The position numbers and the translations under genes are program-made. Below are positions 1 to 8,715 of a DNA stretch of 46,963 nucleotides, in pieces (position 1 is the first letter of the stretch; each line of letters opens with the position of its first letter). Origin of the DNA: a virus; IMG/VR virus record IMGVR_UViG_3300000944_000002, positions 1 to 46,963 of that record, one strand, 5' to 3'. Under the pieces are notes generated by a model. The model saw nothing but the letters and a program-made list of their open reading frames with translations. It searched no databases and was not told where the DNA came from.

Positions 1-114
1 GTAGCTTTGGATACTTCTATAGAAGGCAAACGTAATGGCTTAGTCAGTGTAGTAACTGTAGCTTTGGATACTTCTATAGAAGGTAAATGTAATGGCTTGG
101 CTACAACGGTAGCC
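1..114. repeat. two 57-bp tandem repeat units (1..57, 58..114); the same array continues at 46858..46963
   Basis: Unit gtagctttggatacttctatagaaggcaaacgtaatggcttagtcagtgtagtaact. The second copy is identical for the first 26 nt, then diverges in its last third. The period is 57 nt = 19 codons, in frame with the minus-strand ORF. Confidence 0.9.
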
Positions 115-143
115 CCCGCTTTCCCTATTTCAATTTGTGGCAT
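1..143 (-). CDS. 5' part of a wrap-around gene: small tail-module protein made of 19-aa tandem repeats (continues at 46914..46752 after collapsing the 49-nt end overlap)
   Basis: ATG at 143..141, two nt after the stop of the upstream gene (146..148). Translation MPQIEIGKAGATVVAKPLHLPSIEVSKATVTTLTKPLRLPSIEVSKAT runs off position 1. The frame joins the 46752..46943 ORF exactly if 46915..46963 = 1..49 is counted once (143+163 = 306 nt = 101 codons + stop). Confidence 0.7.
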   Translation of the reverse strand, partial: MPQIEIGKAGATVVAKPLHLPSIEVSKATVTTLTKPLRLPSIEVSKA

Positions 144-145
144 GA

Positions 146-1282
146 CTAAATGCCGTTCCGTATGACTATGTCATAATCACTTAATAGCAGCGTTCCGTTA
201 ACCTCAAAAAATTGGTTTATCCGTTCGCGTACCGAAGTCACTTGCAATAGGCTTTTATCGAAAGTAGATACCACTGTGCCCGTTGCCCGTTCTACTAACT
301 CTACAGTGATGACGTTATCGTCTAAGTTAGCGCGTGACATACGCCCCCTGAACTGCATGGCGGTGAACTCTAAGTCCGGTTCTAGTGATTGCAGTGTGGA
401 TAACGTAAGCGTTAATTCTGCACCTGCCACGTCCGACTGTATAAAAGTGGATGAGGTGTTATCGTTAATCCTGTTAACGTCACCAGCAGTTAACGCACTT
501 CCAACATTGTTCCTATAATCGCTACCTGATATTGCGTCAACTTCCACGTCTTGAACTTCTATAAAGCCTGGGCGTGTTCCCGCGTCTGTAGTCCAGCCAT
601 CATAGATGGCTAGATTAGTCATGGATAAGAAGGTGCCGCCTATTCCGGCAAACTCTAACAGCCCTACTTTGCCGGAGTTTTCCCAATTAAAGTCATTATG
701 CTGCCAGTTGTAGTCCACCCTACTAGCTACTAGGTTACCGTTTATCCAATACTCTAGCGCGCCATCGTCTGCCCCTGCACTGGTTTCAGATTTTATGCGT
801 ACCACACCGTATGCGAAGGCGCTAGGTTCAAAAATGTAGCTGATAGAATTATTAGCGTTATCGGTGGGCACCCTTGTACCACCAGCTAACACCTCTTGTG
901 CCCTGTTGCTCAGCCCGTCCTGCGCTAGTGTTGTCCGTATAATCACAGAACTTGAACTAATACCCGCGACTGGTTGCAATAGGAAAAATATGTGGCCACT
1001 ATTGACAGTAACACCCGACCCAAACCTAAGCAAAAAATGTATTTCCATGCTCCGGCTGTTATCGTCGGCTATCTCGAAGTCGTCTATGTTTAGCGCTAGT
1101 CTTAGCTTGTTATTGTTACTAGTACCTATTGGAAAAAATTTACGGTTAAGCGCTGCTGAGGAACTAGTAATGCTGTTAACGTTATCGTTAAAGGTAGAAG
1201 TGTAGCCAAGCCCCGCATCCAGCGTTAGGTCTTGAAGGTCTACGAAAGTATCAGCGGCCAGTGCGTGTATTAAGTTAGCCAT
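146..1282 (-). CDS. virion tail/baseplate-distal structural protein, function unknown
   Basis: 378-aa ORF with ATG at 1282 and TAG at 146..148, packed stop-to-start with its neighbours in the block downstream of the tape measure. Ser/Asn/Thr/Gly-rich beta-type composition. I can name no motif. Confidence 0.6.
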   Translation of the reverse strand: MANLIHALAADTFVDLQDLTLDAGLGYTSTFNDNVNSITSSSAALNRKFFPIGTSNNNKLRLALNIDDFEIADDNSRSMEIHFLLRFGSGVTVNSGHIFFLLQPVAGISSSSVIIRTTLAQDGLSNRAQEVLAGGTRVPTDNANNSISYIFEPSAFAYGVVRIKSETSAGADDGALEYWINGNLVASRVDYNWQHNDFNWENSGKVGLLEFAGIGGTFLSMTNLAIYDGWTTDAGTRPGFIEVQDVEVDAISGSDYRNNVGSALTAGDVNRINDNTSSTFIQSDVAGAELTLTLSTLQSLEPDLEFTAMQFRGRMSRANLDDNVITVELVERATGTVVSTFDKSLLQVTSVRERINQFFEVNGTLLLSDYDIVIRNGI

Positions 1283-1283
1283 G

Positions 1284-2198
1284 TTAGAGCTGTTCCTCAG
1301 TTAGTTGTATGGTGAAAGCCGGGTCTGATAGCCCATTCAATGTTTCGGTGCGTACTTCTACAGTTTCACCTGGTTCAATCTGTATGTTTTCGGGTATTGT
1401 GAAAATTGGAACCACAGAACTAGGTGTATAAACAACGGTGCCAATGGATTCAACGTTACCCACAACTGGCTTCAGTACCAGCTCAAAAGATGCGTTGCCG
1501 TCTGACGGTGCCGCACTTGATGTGCCCCTGTTGACCGCGCCTGACTGTGGCCCGCTTGTGGCTTTTATTGTATAGCTTTTTGTTGAAACCCAACCAGCAA
1601 CAACTTTGCCATCTTCCAGAACTCCATTGAAACTGAAGGACACTTCTTTGGTTGCCAAAGATGCAATTGTCTGCGATAGCGTTGCAACTTGCTGTTCAAT
1701 GCCGTCACACTTTTGTTCAATGGCTTCAACGGTCTCACTCAATGATGAAATAGTCTGTGCTTGCTGTGTGACTTGCTGTTGTAAAGATGCAAACTGCGCA
1801 ATGGGCACACCTATTGAGCCACCATCAACAAAGTTCTCAGGCAACACGTTGCTTGCCGCTTCAAGCGTTGTTGGATTACGTTGGCCAATGGCGTCAATTT
1901 CATCTTGGGTGATGTAATACAAGCGTGAATTGCCATTCACCAAATCTGTATAGCCCACGTCAGTGCTGTTATCACTTGAGTCACGTGCATACAGTACACC
2001 CCCAAGATGGCCCGGTGACAAGTCGATGCTACTGACAAGGCGTCTGCCTGTAAAGATTTGCTGACCATCTACAGCTAACCCCACAAACCAAGCGGCGGCA
2101 ACCGTGTTGAAGTCAAGGTTGACTTGCAAATCTTCACCACCGGCATTGAAGTTGAACTGTTGCCTTGAAGTGTTTACAACGTTAAGCCGTAAAGCCAT
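1284..2198 (-). CDS. tail/baseplate-associated protein with central coiled coil
   Basis: 304-aa ORF in the tail block. Heptad-like segment QQQVTQQAQTISSLSETVEAIEQKCDGIEQQVATLSQTIASL, flanked by beta-rich N- and C-terminal domains. Confidence 0.6.
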   Translation of the reverse strand: MALRLNVVNTSRQQFNFNAGGEDLQVNLDFNTVAAAWFVGLAVDGQQIFTGRRLVSSIDLSPGHLGGVLYARDSSDNSTDVGYTDLVNGNSRLYYITQDEIDAIGQRNPTTLEAASNVLPENFVDGGSIGVPIAQFASLQQQVTQQAQTISSLSETVEAIEQKCDGIEQQVATLSQTIASLATKEVSFSFNGVLEDGKVVAGWVSTKSYTIKATSGPQSGAVNRGTSSAAPSDGNASFELVLKPVVGNVESIGTVVYTPSSVVPIFTIPENIQIEPGETVEVRTETLNGLSDPAFTIQLTEEQL

Positions 2199-2205
2199 GT
2201 GACTA

Positions 2206-2811
2206 TTACCCCGGAAAGAATTGTAAAATGCCCGACTTCAACAAAGAGCGGTCAAGCTGTTCTTGTTCAACGGTGCCTGTGATGTCTGTTTCAGATACTT
2301 GGCCACGTGTGACCACCTCACTGGCACGTTCACGCACACCAACTTGTTCACTGTACTGTTCTGCAAAGCGGTCTGTGGGCGTTGCCGATACACGCCGCAC
2401 CTCTTGGAGCGAAACCACCACTTGCAGAATAGTCACTTGGGTCTTGTCACGAATGGTGCTCAATCCCCTGATAATCATATTCTGATACAACTCAACACCC
2501 GTACCCACTTCAAAAAGTTCACCCGCGAGTTGTGCTTGCTTCAATAAAAAATAGAAGTCAGCCAGTCTTGTGCCATCGGCTTGGTCATCTTCAGGCAATT
2601 GGCCAATGATGAAACCATCAAGGTTCTGACCAACTGTCAGTGTCAGCTTTTGTGGGTCAGGGTAAAAATGATCAATGATAGGAGAACCATTCTCAACAGG
2701 GTTCTCGCTTAGCGTCAGTGTGCTTTCATGCTGTTCACTAATGAGCGCATCAAATTCAATGAGGCCAATTGATTGTGTCAACAGGTGACTTGGCTTCAGC
2801 TCATTCATCAT
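2206..2811 (-). CDS. baseplate / tail-tube-initiator-like protein (position-based)
   Basis: 201-aa ORF whose start overlaps the tape-measure stop by 4 nt. Segment ENPVENGSPIIDHFYPDPQKLTLTV resembles distal-tail/baseplate N-terminal domains. Assignment is by position and weak motif only. Confidence 0.5.
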   Translation of the reverse strand: MMNELKPSHLLTQSIGLIEFDALISEQHESTLTLSENPVENGSPIIDHFYPDPQKLTLTVGQNLDGFIIGQLPEDDQADGTRLADFYFLLKQAQLAGELFEVGTGVELYQNMIIRGLSTIRDKTQVTILQVVVSLQEVRRVSATPTDRFAEQYSEQVGVRERASEVVTRGQVSETDITGTVEQEQLDRSLLKSGILQFFPG

Positions 2812-4421
2812 TGGCCCCCTTGCAATGGGTTGGCTGTACTAACGGCTTGACGTATAGCACCAACCGATTGGTCAACTTGATTTGGTAGGGTACCGCCTGT
2901 TGTTTCAATGTTCACAGCAATGTTTTGCGTCAACGTTTGTGATGACGTGGTGGTACTGTTGTCAGTGCTATTACTACCACCGCCAAAAAGATTTGAGCCA
3001 AAGTTGGCAAGGTCTCTCAACCTATCAGCGCCAAAGTCAAACAGGTCACCGGCAACTACCTTTGCAACACCCCCCGCATTGCCCAATGCGTTGCTTGTGG
3101 TGTCTGCAATTTCATTGACTGCAAAATCACGCTGTGCACCGCCCCGTGTTATAGCAGCCGCCCGTCCGGCAGTGTTCCCCAAAAACTCACCCGTACCGTT
3201 AACGACTGTTGCAATGCCTTGGAATATATCGCGCACAACTCTTGCGGTCTTGCTTGTCTCAAGTAACTGATCAGCAAATCTACCCCAATACTCAACTGCA
3301 TCACCGATGACTGACTCACCACCGTTGATGAAAGTGTAAAGGTCTTCTAAAACTAACAACGCTGCACCGATTGCTGCAATTATCAGAATCGGTATCAGTA
3401 GAATCTTAGCGTTAGTCTTCAGCACGGCAAAATCAAGTGCAGCCAAAGCCCTAACAGTCTTGAAGGCACCACCCGCCAAAGCCAAGAAGGTTGCATTGCC
3501 TGCTAACTTTAAAGCAATGAAACTGAAAACAATCGCCTTGAGTGCTTGGTCAGCACCGCCAAGCGCGTCAGACAAGAGCTGGAACGCTTGTGCAAGTGCA
3601 AGCCCGGCTGTTGCCAAGCCTTTGGTCAATGACAGCACCAATGACAGCACATCAGTCAATGAGCTTTTTATCAGTTGATTATTTTCAGTAACCCACTTTG
3701 CCATTGCGTTGGCGGCATCAGTGAACGCCGGGGTGATACTGAGCACCACTGTGTTCTTGATAGTTGACAGTATCGTTGACAGCCGCAATTGTGAGTCAAG
3801 AAACTCAGCGGCCTGCCCTCTTGACTCTTCAGTTGCAAAGCCAAAGCTTCTGGCCTCATCACGCAATGCAGCAATGCCTTCTGAACCTTGCTTAAGGAGC
3901 AACACAATCTGTGGGTCAATGCCTAGCTTCTTTGAAAGGTCTTGTGCTTCTTTTGTATCAAGTTCTTTGATTCTATCTGCAAAGCGTTCAAGAAAATCAA
4001 GTGCATCACCATCAAGGCTGACACCAAGTTGAGCAAGCACAGCTTGGTCACCTGCACCACGGCTGAACTCACCAAGGCGTTCATTGACGCCTTCAATACT
4101 CCTTGCCAGTTGCTCATACGTTGCGCCGTTGATACCGGCTGCAAATTCAAACTCTTTAAGCTTCCCAAATGCAACGCCTTGAGCTTCTGCAAACTTGTTC
4201 ACCCGGTCAGTTGCGTTTGCAGTCTGTTGAACCGCAGCACCTAGTCCGGCTGTAAGACCCCCAACAACAATCGTTGCTTGGCGCAACGCAACAGCCATAC
4301 CGCGTGCAACGTTAGCTGTTGAACGCAACCCTTGCTCAAACTTTTGACGGGCGGCGGCGTTGTTGGGGTCGTTTCTATACACCAACAAAGTGACAAGTTT
4401 GTCAATTACACTTTCAGGCAT
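2808..4421 (-). CDS. tail tape measure protein
   Basis: 537-aa Ala/Gly/Leu-rich helical ORF directly after the chaperone/frameshift pair. It has central hydrophobic stretches (ILLIPILIIAAIGAALLVL) and occupies the canonical position between chaperone and baseplate genes. Confidence 0.85.
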   Translation of the reverse strand: MPESVIDKLVTLLVYRNDPNNAAARQKFEQGLRSTANVARGMAVALRQATIVVGGLTAGLGAAVQQTANATDRVNKFAEAQGVAFGKLKEFEFAAGINGATYEQLARSIEGVNERLGEFSRGAGDQAVLAQLGVSLDGDALDFLERFADRIKELDTKEAQDLSKKLGIDPQIVLLLKQGSEGIAALRDEARSFGFATEESRGQAAEFLDSQLRLSTILSTIKNTVVLSITPAFTDAANAMAKWVTENNQLIKSSLTDVLSLVLSLTKGLATAGLALAQAFQLLSDALGGADQALKAIVFSFIALKLAGNATFLALAGGAFKTVRALAALDFAVLKTNAKILLIPILIIAAIGAALLVLEDLYTFINGGESVIGDAVEYWGRFADQLLETSKTARVVRDIFQGIATVVNGTGEFLGNTAGRAAAITRGGAQRDFAVNEIADTTSNALGNAGGVAKVVAGDLFDFGADRLRDLANFGSNLFGGGSNSTDNSTTTSSQTLTQNIAVNIETTGGTLPNQVDQSVGAIRQAVSTANPLQGGQ

Positions 4422-4424
4422 TGT

Positions 4425-5065
4425 TCACTTTTCTCTTGACAGTTTTTCAAGTTGGCTCTTGATGTTCAGTGCATTGTTAAACTCAACAAAGTCATCAAGA
4501 CTGTACACCGTTTGTGCTTCATGCAACGTACACATGTTTGCAAAAATTGGCCCCCACAAATACGGGTCAAAGTCAGGGTCAACTGATTCAATGACCTCAC
4601 TTTGTTTGTGCGCTAGAACAGAATCTATTGACCCTGACCTAGCGCGCTGATGTTTCCCAGGTATTTGCCAAAGTTAAATTTTGCCACTTCAACCGCTAAC
4701 AAATACGCGGGTGTCAAATCATCGGCAAAGTCAAGCGCAAACGTGACACCCCGGTTGTCAGAACCATCAACGTGTATGACTGCAAGTTCACACAGGTCAA
4801 CAACCAAGTTGGTGGCTTCATCAACGTCTAGCTTGTCCATGATGTCCACAAATGCAGCCGCGATGCTGTTGACATCAATGTCACCCAATGTTTGAGCGTT
4901 ACCAAAGCCGCCGTTGACATAAGCCCCGGCCAACTCTTGCAAAGCGGGTGCAAGGGTTTTACCCAAACGCAACTTCAACTTCAACGCTTGCACCGCATCC
5001 AACTTTTGCAAAGTGAACTTACGTCCACTTACTTCAATGACTTCAATTCCGTTCACCCCGTTCAT
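4425..5065 (-). CDS. tail assembly chaperone, -1 frameshift extension product (GT-like)
   Basis: The -1 frame is open from just upstream of the slip site (preceding -1 frame stop TAA at 4676..4674) to a TGA at 4427..4425, 3 nt before the tape-measure ATG (4421). It reads ...GKHQRARSGSIDSVLAHKQSEVIESVDPDFDPYLWGPIFANMCTLHEAQTVYSLDDFVEFNNALNIKSQLEKLSREK. This fills the otherwise ORF-less 203-nt gap. Confidence 0.7.
4625..5065 (-). CDS. tail assembly chaperone (G-like, zero-frame product)
   Basis: 146-aa acidic ORF between the tube and tape-measure genes. It contains the slippery heptamer near its 3' end. Confidence 0.75.
   Translation of the reverse strand: MNGVNGIEVIEVSGRKFTLQKLDAVQALKLKLRLGKTLAPALQELAGAYVNGGFGNAQTLGDIDVNSIAAAFVDIMDKLDVDEATNLVVDLCELAVIHVDGSDNRGVTFALDFADDLTPAYLLAVEVAKFNFGKYLGNISALGQGQ
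4652..4658 (-). promoter_or_regulatory. programmed -1 ribosomal frameshift slippery heptamer G_GGA_AAC
   Basis: The plus-strand gtttccc is gggaaac on the minus strand. In the chaperone zero frame it reads ct-G GGA AAC (X_XXY_YYZ), 8 codons before the zero-frame stop. Compare lambda G/GT, G_GGA_AAG. Confidence 0.7.
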
Positions 5066-5077
5066 ACAATTACCCCT

Positions 5078-5518
5078 TTATAGATTACCCAAAGGCGCGC
5101 CTTCAAGGCACCCCGCGAAAAACTGCCAAGTGTACATGCTTGGCGATTTGCCAAGGGAAATTTCCTTTGGCGTTGAAGCAATCACCGCATCAACAGCGGC
5201 CCACGCTGTGTTGTTGGCCAAGTTAGTTATGATCAAAGGTGTGAAGCCTGTACGCCCCGCACGTCTGAATGTTTCAGCGAATGCAGTTAGCACTGCATTA
5301 CTTGCACTGGTAGGCATTAGCTTGACTTCAACTAACGCTGAACGGTCTGTGCTGATTGACACAAGTGCGCCGCCGTCAGCGCCCACAATGGTGTTGATTT
5401 CATCATCGTTGCGGTTGATCTTGATTACATCATCACCTTCATAAAATCCACGTATGGGCACACCACCAAAGATGAGCGCAACGTTGTTGAAGGTATATAC
5501 ATCGGTATTCTGTGACAT
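5078..5518 (-). CDS. tail tube protein (DUF3277-like)
   Basis: 146-aa ORF directly downstream of the sheath gene. N-terminus VYTFNNVALIFGGVPIRGFYEGDDVIKI is typical of the tube family that pairs with DUF3383-type sheaths. Confidence 0.75.
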   Translation of the reverse strand: MSQNTDVYTFNNVALIFGGVPIRGFYEGDDVIKINRNDDEINTIVGADGGALVSISTDRSALVEVKLMPTSASNAVLTAFAETFRRAGRTGFTPLIITNLANNTAWAAVDAVIASTPKEISLGKSPSMYTWQFFAGCLEGAPLGNL

Positions 5519-5562
5519 TGTTTCGGTTTCCTATGTTCTCAAAAGGGTTTTGCTTTCAGCAC

Positions 5563-6717
5563 TTACTGTGCAAGCTTTATGACGCCTGTGACATCAGAAT
5601 AGTGCATTGCCCCGGCGTACCGTGCACAATACTCTGATACCGGCGCAATACGGTCAGCAACAAGCGCATCAGGTACTTCAGCAATGTTTTGCAAGTCAAT
5701 GGTGAATGCTGGCAAAAAGTTGCCCGCAACATCTTGACGGTTTTCAGTCAGTGAACCTGACTGAACAGCGGTTTGCATCGTTTGCGATATTGCACCGTAT
5801 ATCATGGCTTGGCCAACGTTGTCATAGGGCACAACCCGGTTGTTGGTGTACAGGCTCAACACATTACGTTGAAGGCTTGCAACTAACCAATCACTGAAGG
5901 TCATCAAGTCAATGAATGAACCATCAGTCATGGTGCCTTCAATGTAGTAGTTGATTCCCGCTGTGCACACATACGTGTTTAAGAAACCACCGGCATCAGG
6001 GTTTTGGCCTGTGCTTGGCAAGAAGCCTGTGATGTTCTGTGCTTGTGTGCCGTTGATCGACACAGGCAACGCACCATCAAGCCGAATAAATTTAGCAGTG
6101 TAGTGGCTGTCAGGGCTGTTGTAGTTAACGGCTGAAACAAAGGCCGCAACCTTGGCCGCGTACTGTTGACGGTCAAGTGTGGCTGTTCCCGGTTCAACCC
6201 AGTTGCCTATAAGTCTTGAAGGCTGAAGTGCTCGCAACTGAGCACCAACACCATCGGCATCTTGCGGATCATCAATTGACAGTGGGTCGGCTGTGTCAAA
6301 CAACAAGATCTTTCGTTCAGCGATTAAGAACTCATTGGCTGCTATGAGTTGGGGTACTTCGCTTGCGGGAATAAGGTCAGCTATAACAATGTTATAAAAC
6401 AAAGAGTCTTCAGCAAACACACCTTGAAGCCCTGTCAGTATGTCAGCATCACGGTACCCAATTTTGAATGTACGTGGCCGGTTGCTTGTGGCAAGCATGG
6501 CCTGCACCGTTTTATAGGCGGGCGACTGTGGATCAAAACCGTATGCGGCAACCTCTTCAAGACTTGAAAAAGTTTCAACAATGTCAGTTGAGATATTAGT
6601 ATCACTGTTGACATCGCTGACAAGAATGAGGGGTATTGCAAAGTTTGCAACTGAAGGGAAACGGTCATTGATGTCAACGGTGACGTTGACAACTCGATTG
6701 AATGGAACTGTGGACAT
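5563..6717 (-). CDS. contractile tail sheath protein (DUF3383-like)
   Basis: 384-aa ORF upstream of the tube gene. Size, position and N-terminus (MSTVPFNRVVNVTVDINDRFPSVANFAIPLILV) fit the sheath family. Confidence 0.8.
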   Translation of the reverse strand: MSTVPFNRVVNVTVDINDRFPSVANFAIPLILVSDVNSDTNISTDIVETFSSLEEVAAYGFDPQSPAYKTVQAMLATSNRPRTFKIGYRDADILTGLQGVFAEDSLFYNIVIADLIPASEVPQLIAANEFLIAERKILLFDTADPLSIDDPQDADGVGAQLRALQPSRLIGNWVEPGTATLDRQQYAAKVAAFVSAVNYNSPDSHYTAKFIRLDGALPVSINGTQAQNITGFLPSTGQNPDAGGFLNTYVCTAGINYYIEGTMTDGSFIDLMTFSDWLVASLQRNVLSLYTNNRVVPYDNVGQAMIYGAISQTMQTAVQSGSLTENRQDVAGNFLPAFTIDLQNIAEVPDALVADRIAPVSEYCARYAGAMHYSDVTGVIKLAQ

Positions 6718-6728
6718 TGTGTGGATTC

Positions 6729-7295
6729 CTATGGTTTTGAAATTGTTATTGCGTCAATAAAATCAAGGTGTGGGCAACTGCTGATTGTTATGTGTTCAAT
6801 TGAATCAATGTCTTGGCACTCACGACACTTGAAAACAAAGCGCACATCAAACATGGCTTCTTGGTGCACTTCGTTTGTCTTTACTTTTCGTTTAATTCTG
6901 ATCGGTCCGTTACTCATGTATGCAAGGTTGATGTATTGCCCAATACGGTAATGGTGTTTAGACTTGAACCATTTGGCGACCTTGGCAAGTGACGCACCGC
7001 TATCAAGGCAATACCCGGCGCGCACTTGGTACACAAGTTCATGTTGGGTGACAACACAATACTCGGCGGTGTCAGTTTCGTCATTGTATCCGTACCCTTC
7101 ACAAGATGTGTTTTCGTCACTTTCAATGGTGATGAGTTCAAAAGTCATGTGCGGCTTTTTTATTTCAGGTTGGCCGCTAGGTTGGCCGACCACAAAGTCA
7201 GGGCATATACCTTCAAGCCACTTCTTGATTGCGATGTCAACCGCTTCAAAGTCAGGTAATTCAGTCACAGTCAGGCCCACACACGGTTTCGCCAA
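6729..7295 (-). CDS. tail completion / neck protein (position-based)
   Basis: 188-aa ORF between the connector genes and the sheath. It overlaps the upstream gene by 35 nt. Confidence 0.5.
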   Translation of the reverse strand: MAKPCVGLTVTELPDFEAVDIAIKKWLEGICPDFVVGQPSGQPEIKKPHMTFELITIESDENTSCEGYGYNDETDTAEYCVVTQHELVYQVRAGYCLDSGASLAKVAKWFKSKHHYRIGQYINLAYMSNGPIRIKRKVKTNEVHQEAMFDVRFVFKCRECQDIDSIEHITISSCPHLDFIDAITISKP

Positions 7296-7671
7296 GATAC
7301 GTGTACAAACAGCCGCGCAACTTGCGTGACTTCAACAAATACTTTGAGCCGTCAGTCAACTCAATGACATACCGGCTCCTATAATCATTCACACAAACAC
7401 CCGGCAACGGTAGTGACACATCAGTTGTGAGAGTTATGAAACCCTCAGCACTGGTTTTGTCAGGCAACATGGTTTGCGTTTCTTTGGTGATGCCTGACAT
7501 GATGCCCATGATTTCAATTGACGTTTTGTTGTCGTGGCCAATCCACAAGCCACGTTCATCAAAAAGGTCTTCACAGTCTTCTGCTGTGTTCTCAAGGTCA
7601 GTTGTGTGCAAAGTATATGCGCACTTAGGTATGACTTGAAAAGCAACCTTGGCCAATCCGTTCAGAATCAT
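7261..7671 (-). CDS. head-tail joining / tail terminator-like protein (position-based)
   Basis: 136-aa ORF with a 4-nt overlap with the upstream gp10-like gene. Confidence 0.5.
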   Translation of the reverse strand: MILNGLAKVAFQVIPKCAYTLHTTDLENTAEDCEDLFDERGLWIGHDNKTSIEIMGIMSGITKETQTMLPDKTSAEGFITLTTDVSLPLPGVCVNDYRSRYVIELTDGSKYLLKSRKLRGCLYTYLGETVCGPDCD

Positions 7672-8165
7672 GTTATTTGATCCTTGCGAGTTTTAAGCAA
7701 CTTAAAGTCAATTGAATCATGATATAAGCCCGTATCAATCAAGGGATCATCAAATCCCTTTCTCTTAATCGTGCTGGGTGCATTGGGTGGTGTGCTCCAC
7801 TCAAGTATTGACAGTTTCATTGCGTCCCTGACAATGCGCGCAAGCTGACGCATTCCAGCGTCAAACCTTAGTTGCCCGGCTACTATCTTGGTGGCATTCA
7901 ATCGACCAACTTTCCGCAGTTCCTTTTTGCTATCTGCAACGGCGGTGCGTAATGCAGGGCGTGCAGGTATCCCGGTGTCAGTGCCAAACTCATTCCAGAA
8001 AGCAACATCAGCAACCGGGGTGCCATCATCATACGCAATTGAACCATCAACGATACCCACTTCATAAATTGAATTACGCAATGCCACATCATCAAATTTG
8101 TCAAAGCTGCCAAGCGCGTTGCGCCCTGTACTTTGCCGTCTGATTTTAGTCTCAAGCATTGCCAA
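7668..8165 (-). CDS. HK97 gp10-like head-tail joining protein
   Basis: Motif AFWNEFGTDTGIPARPALR matches the NEFGT...PARPF signature of the HK97 gp10 family. Confidence 0.7.
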   Translation of the reverse strand: MAMLETKIRRQSTGRNALGSFDKFDDVALRNSIYEVGIVDGSIAYDDGTPVADVAFWNEFGTDTGIPARPALRTAVADSKKELRKVGRLNATKIVAGQLRFDAGMRQLARIVRDAMKLSILEWSTPPNAPSTIKRKGFDDPLIDTGLYHDSIDFKLLKTRKDQIT

Positions 8166-8712
8166 GCCCGCGCGATAGGTAAGCGTGGATCAATACAGGC
8201 TCACCAAAGTGTGAGCACCTGGTTGTTCTTGGTGCTGCTATCAATGGCCCTTTCACACGTGGCAAAGCCAACGCAATAATCATGCGCCCATACCCGGTTG
8301 AAGACAACCATGAAGTGAACGGCCCGCGCCCACCCACGTTGTTCACAATGTTGTTTGCACTGCTGTTGTCAAATGATGCCGATATACCGTCAACGGTAAC
8401 GCTTGATATTTTCCCACCCGTTGCGAAGATTTCATTGATGAACCCGTCATCACAGTTGCAACCGTCCTTGGTTTCAACGGGGGCGTCACCTTCAGCCGGT
8501 GGTGCAGGTGTGCACGTGATGTTGTTGGTTTCCAGTACATGAGCCAACATCAGCATAGGCAACCGCTTTGCAATCGCTTTGCAACTTGTGGGCACGCACA
8601 ACATGCACTGTGCTAGTTCAGCCCACAGTTCAAGCGTTTCATCAGCACAGTCAACCCATTGTGGGAACTGTACTTTGAAAGCCGCCAAATCAATTGTCAC
8701 ATGTTCTGTCAT
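8152..8712 (-). CDS. head-tail adaptor (DUF4054-like)
   Basis: 186-aa ORF in the connector block. N-terminal DLAAFKVQFPQWVD... resembles the DUF4054 adaptor family. Confidence 0.5.
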   Translation of the reverse strand: MTEHVTIDLAAFKVQFPQWVDCADETLELWAELAQCMLCVPTSCKAIAKRLPMLMLAHVLETNNITCTPAPPAEGDAPVETKDGCNCDDGFINEIFATGGKISSVTVDGISASFDNSSANNIVNNVGGRGPFTSWLSSTGYGRMIIALALPRVKGPLIAAPRTTRCSHFGEPVLIHAYLSRGLGNA

Positions 8713-8715
8713 CGT

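Noticed and set aside
1-114. Regularly spaced direct repeats at both window ends, which could be mistaken for a CRISPR array, LTRs or transposon ends
   Set aside because: The repeats are contiguous (no spacers). The period is 57 nt = 19 codons, in frame with an uninterrupted minus-strand ORF. The end-to-end identity is explained by circular closure of the contig.
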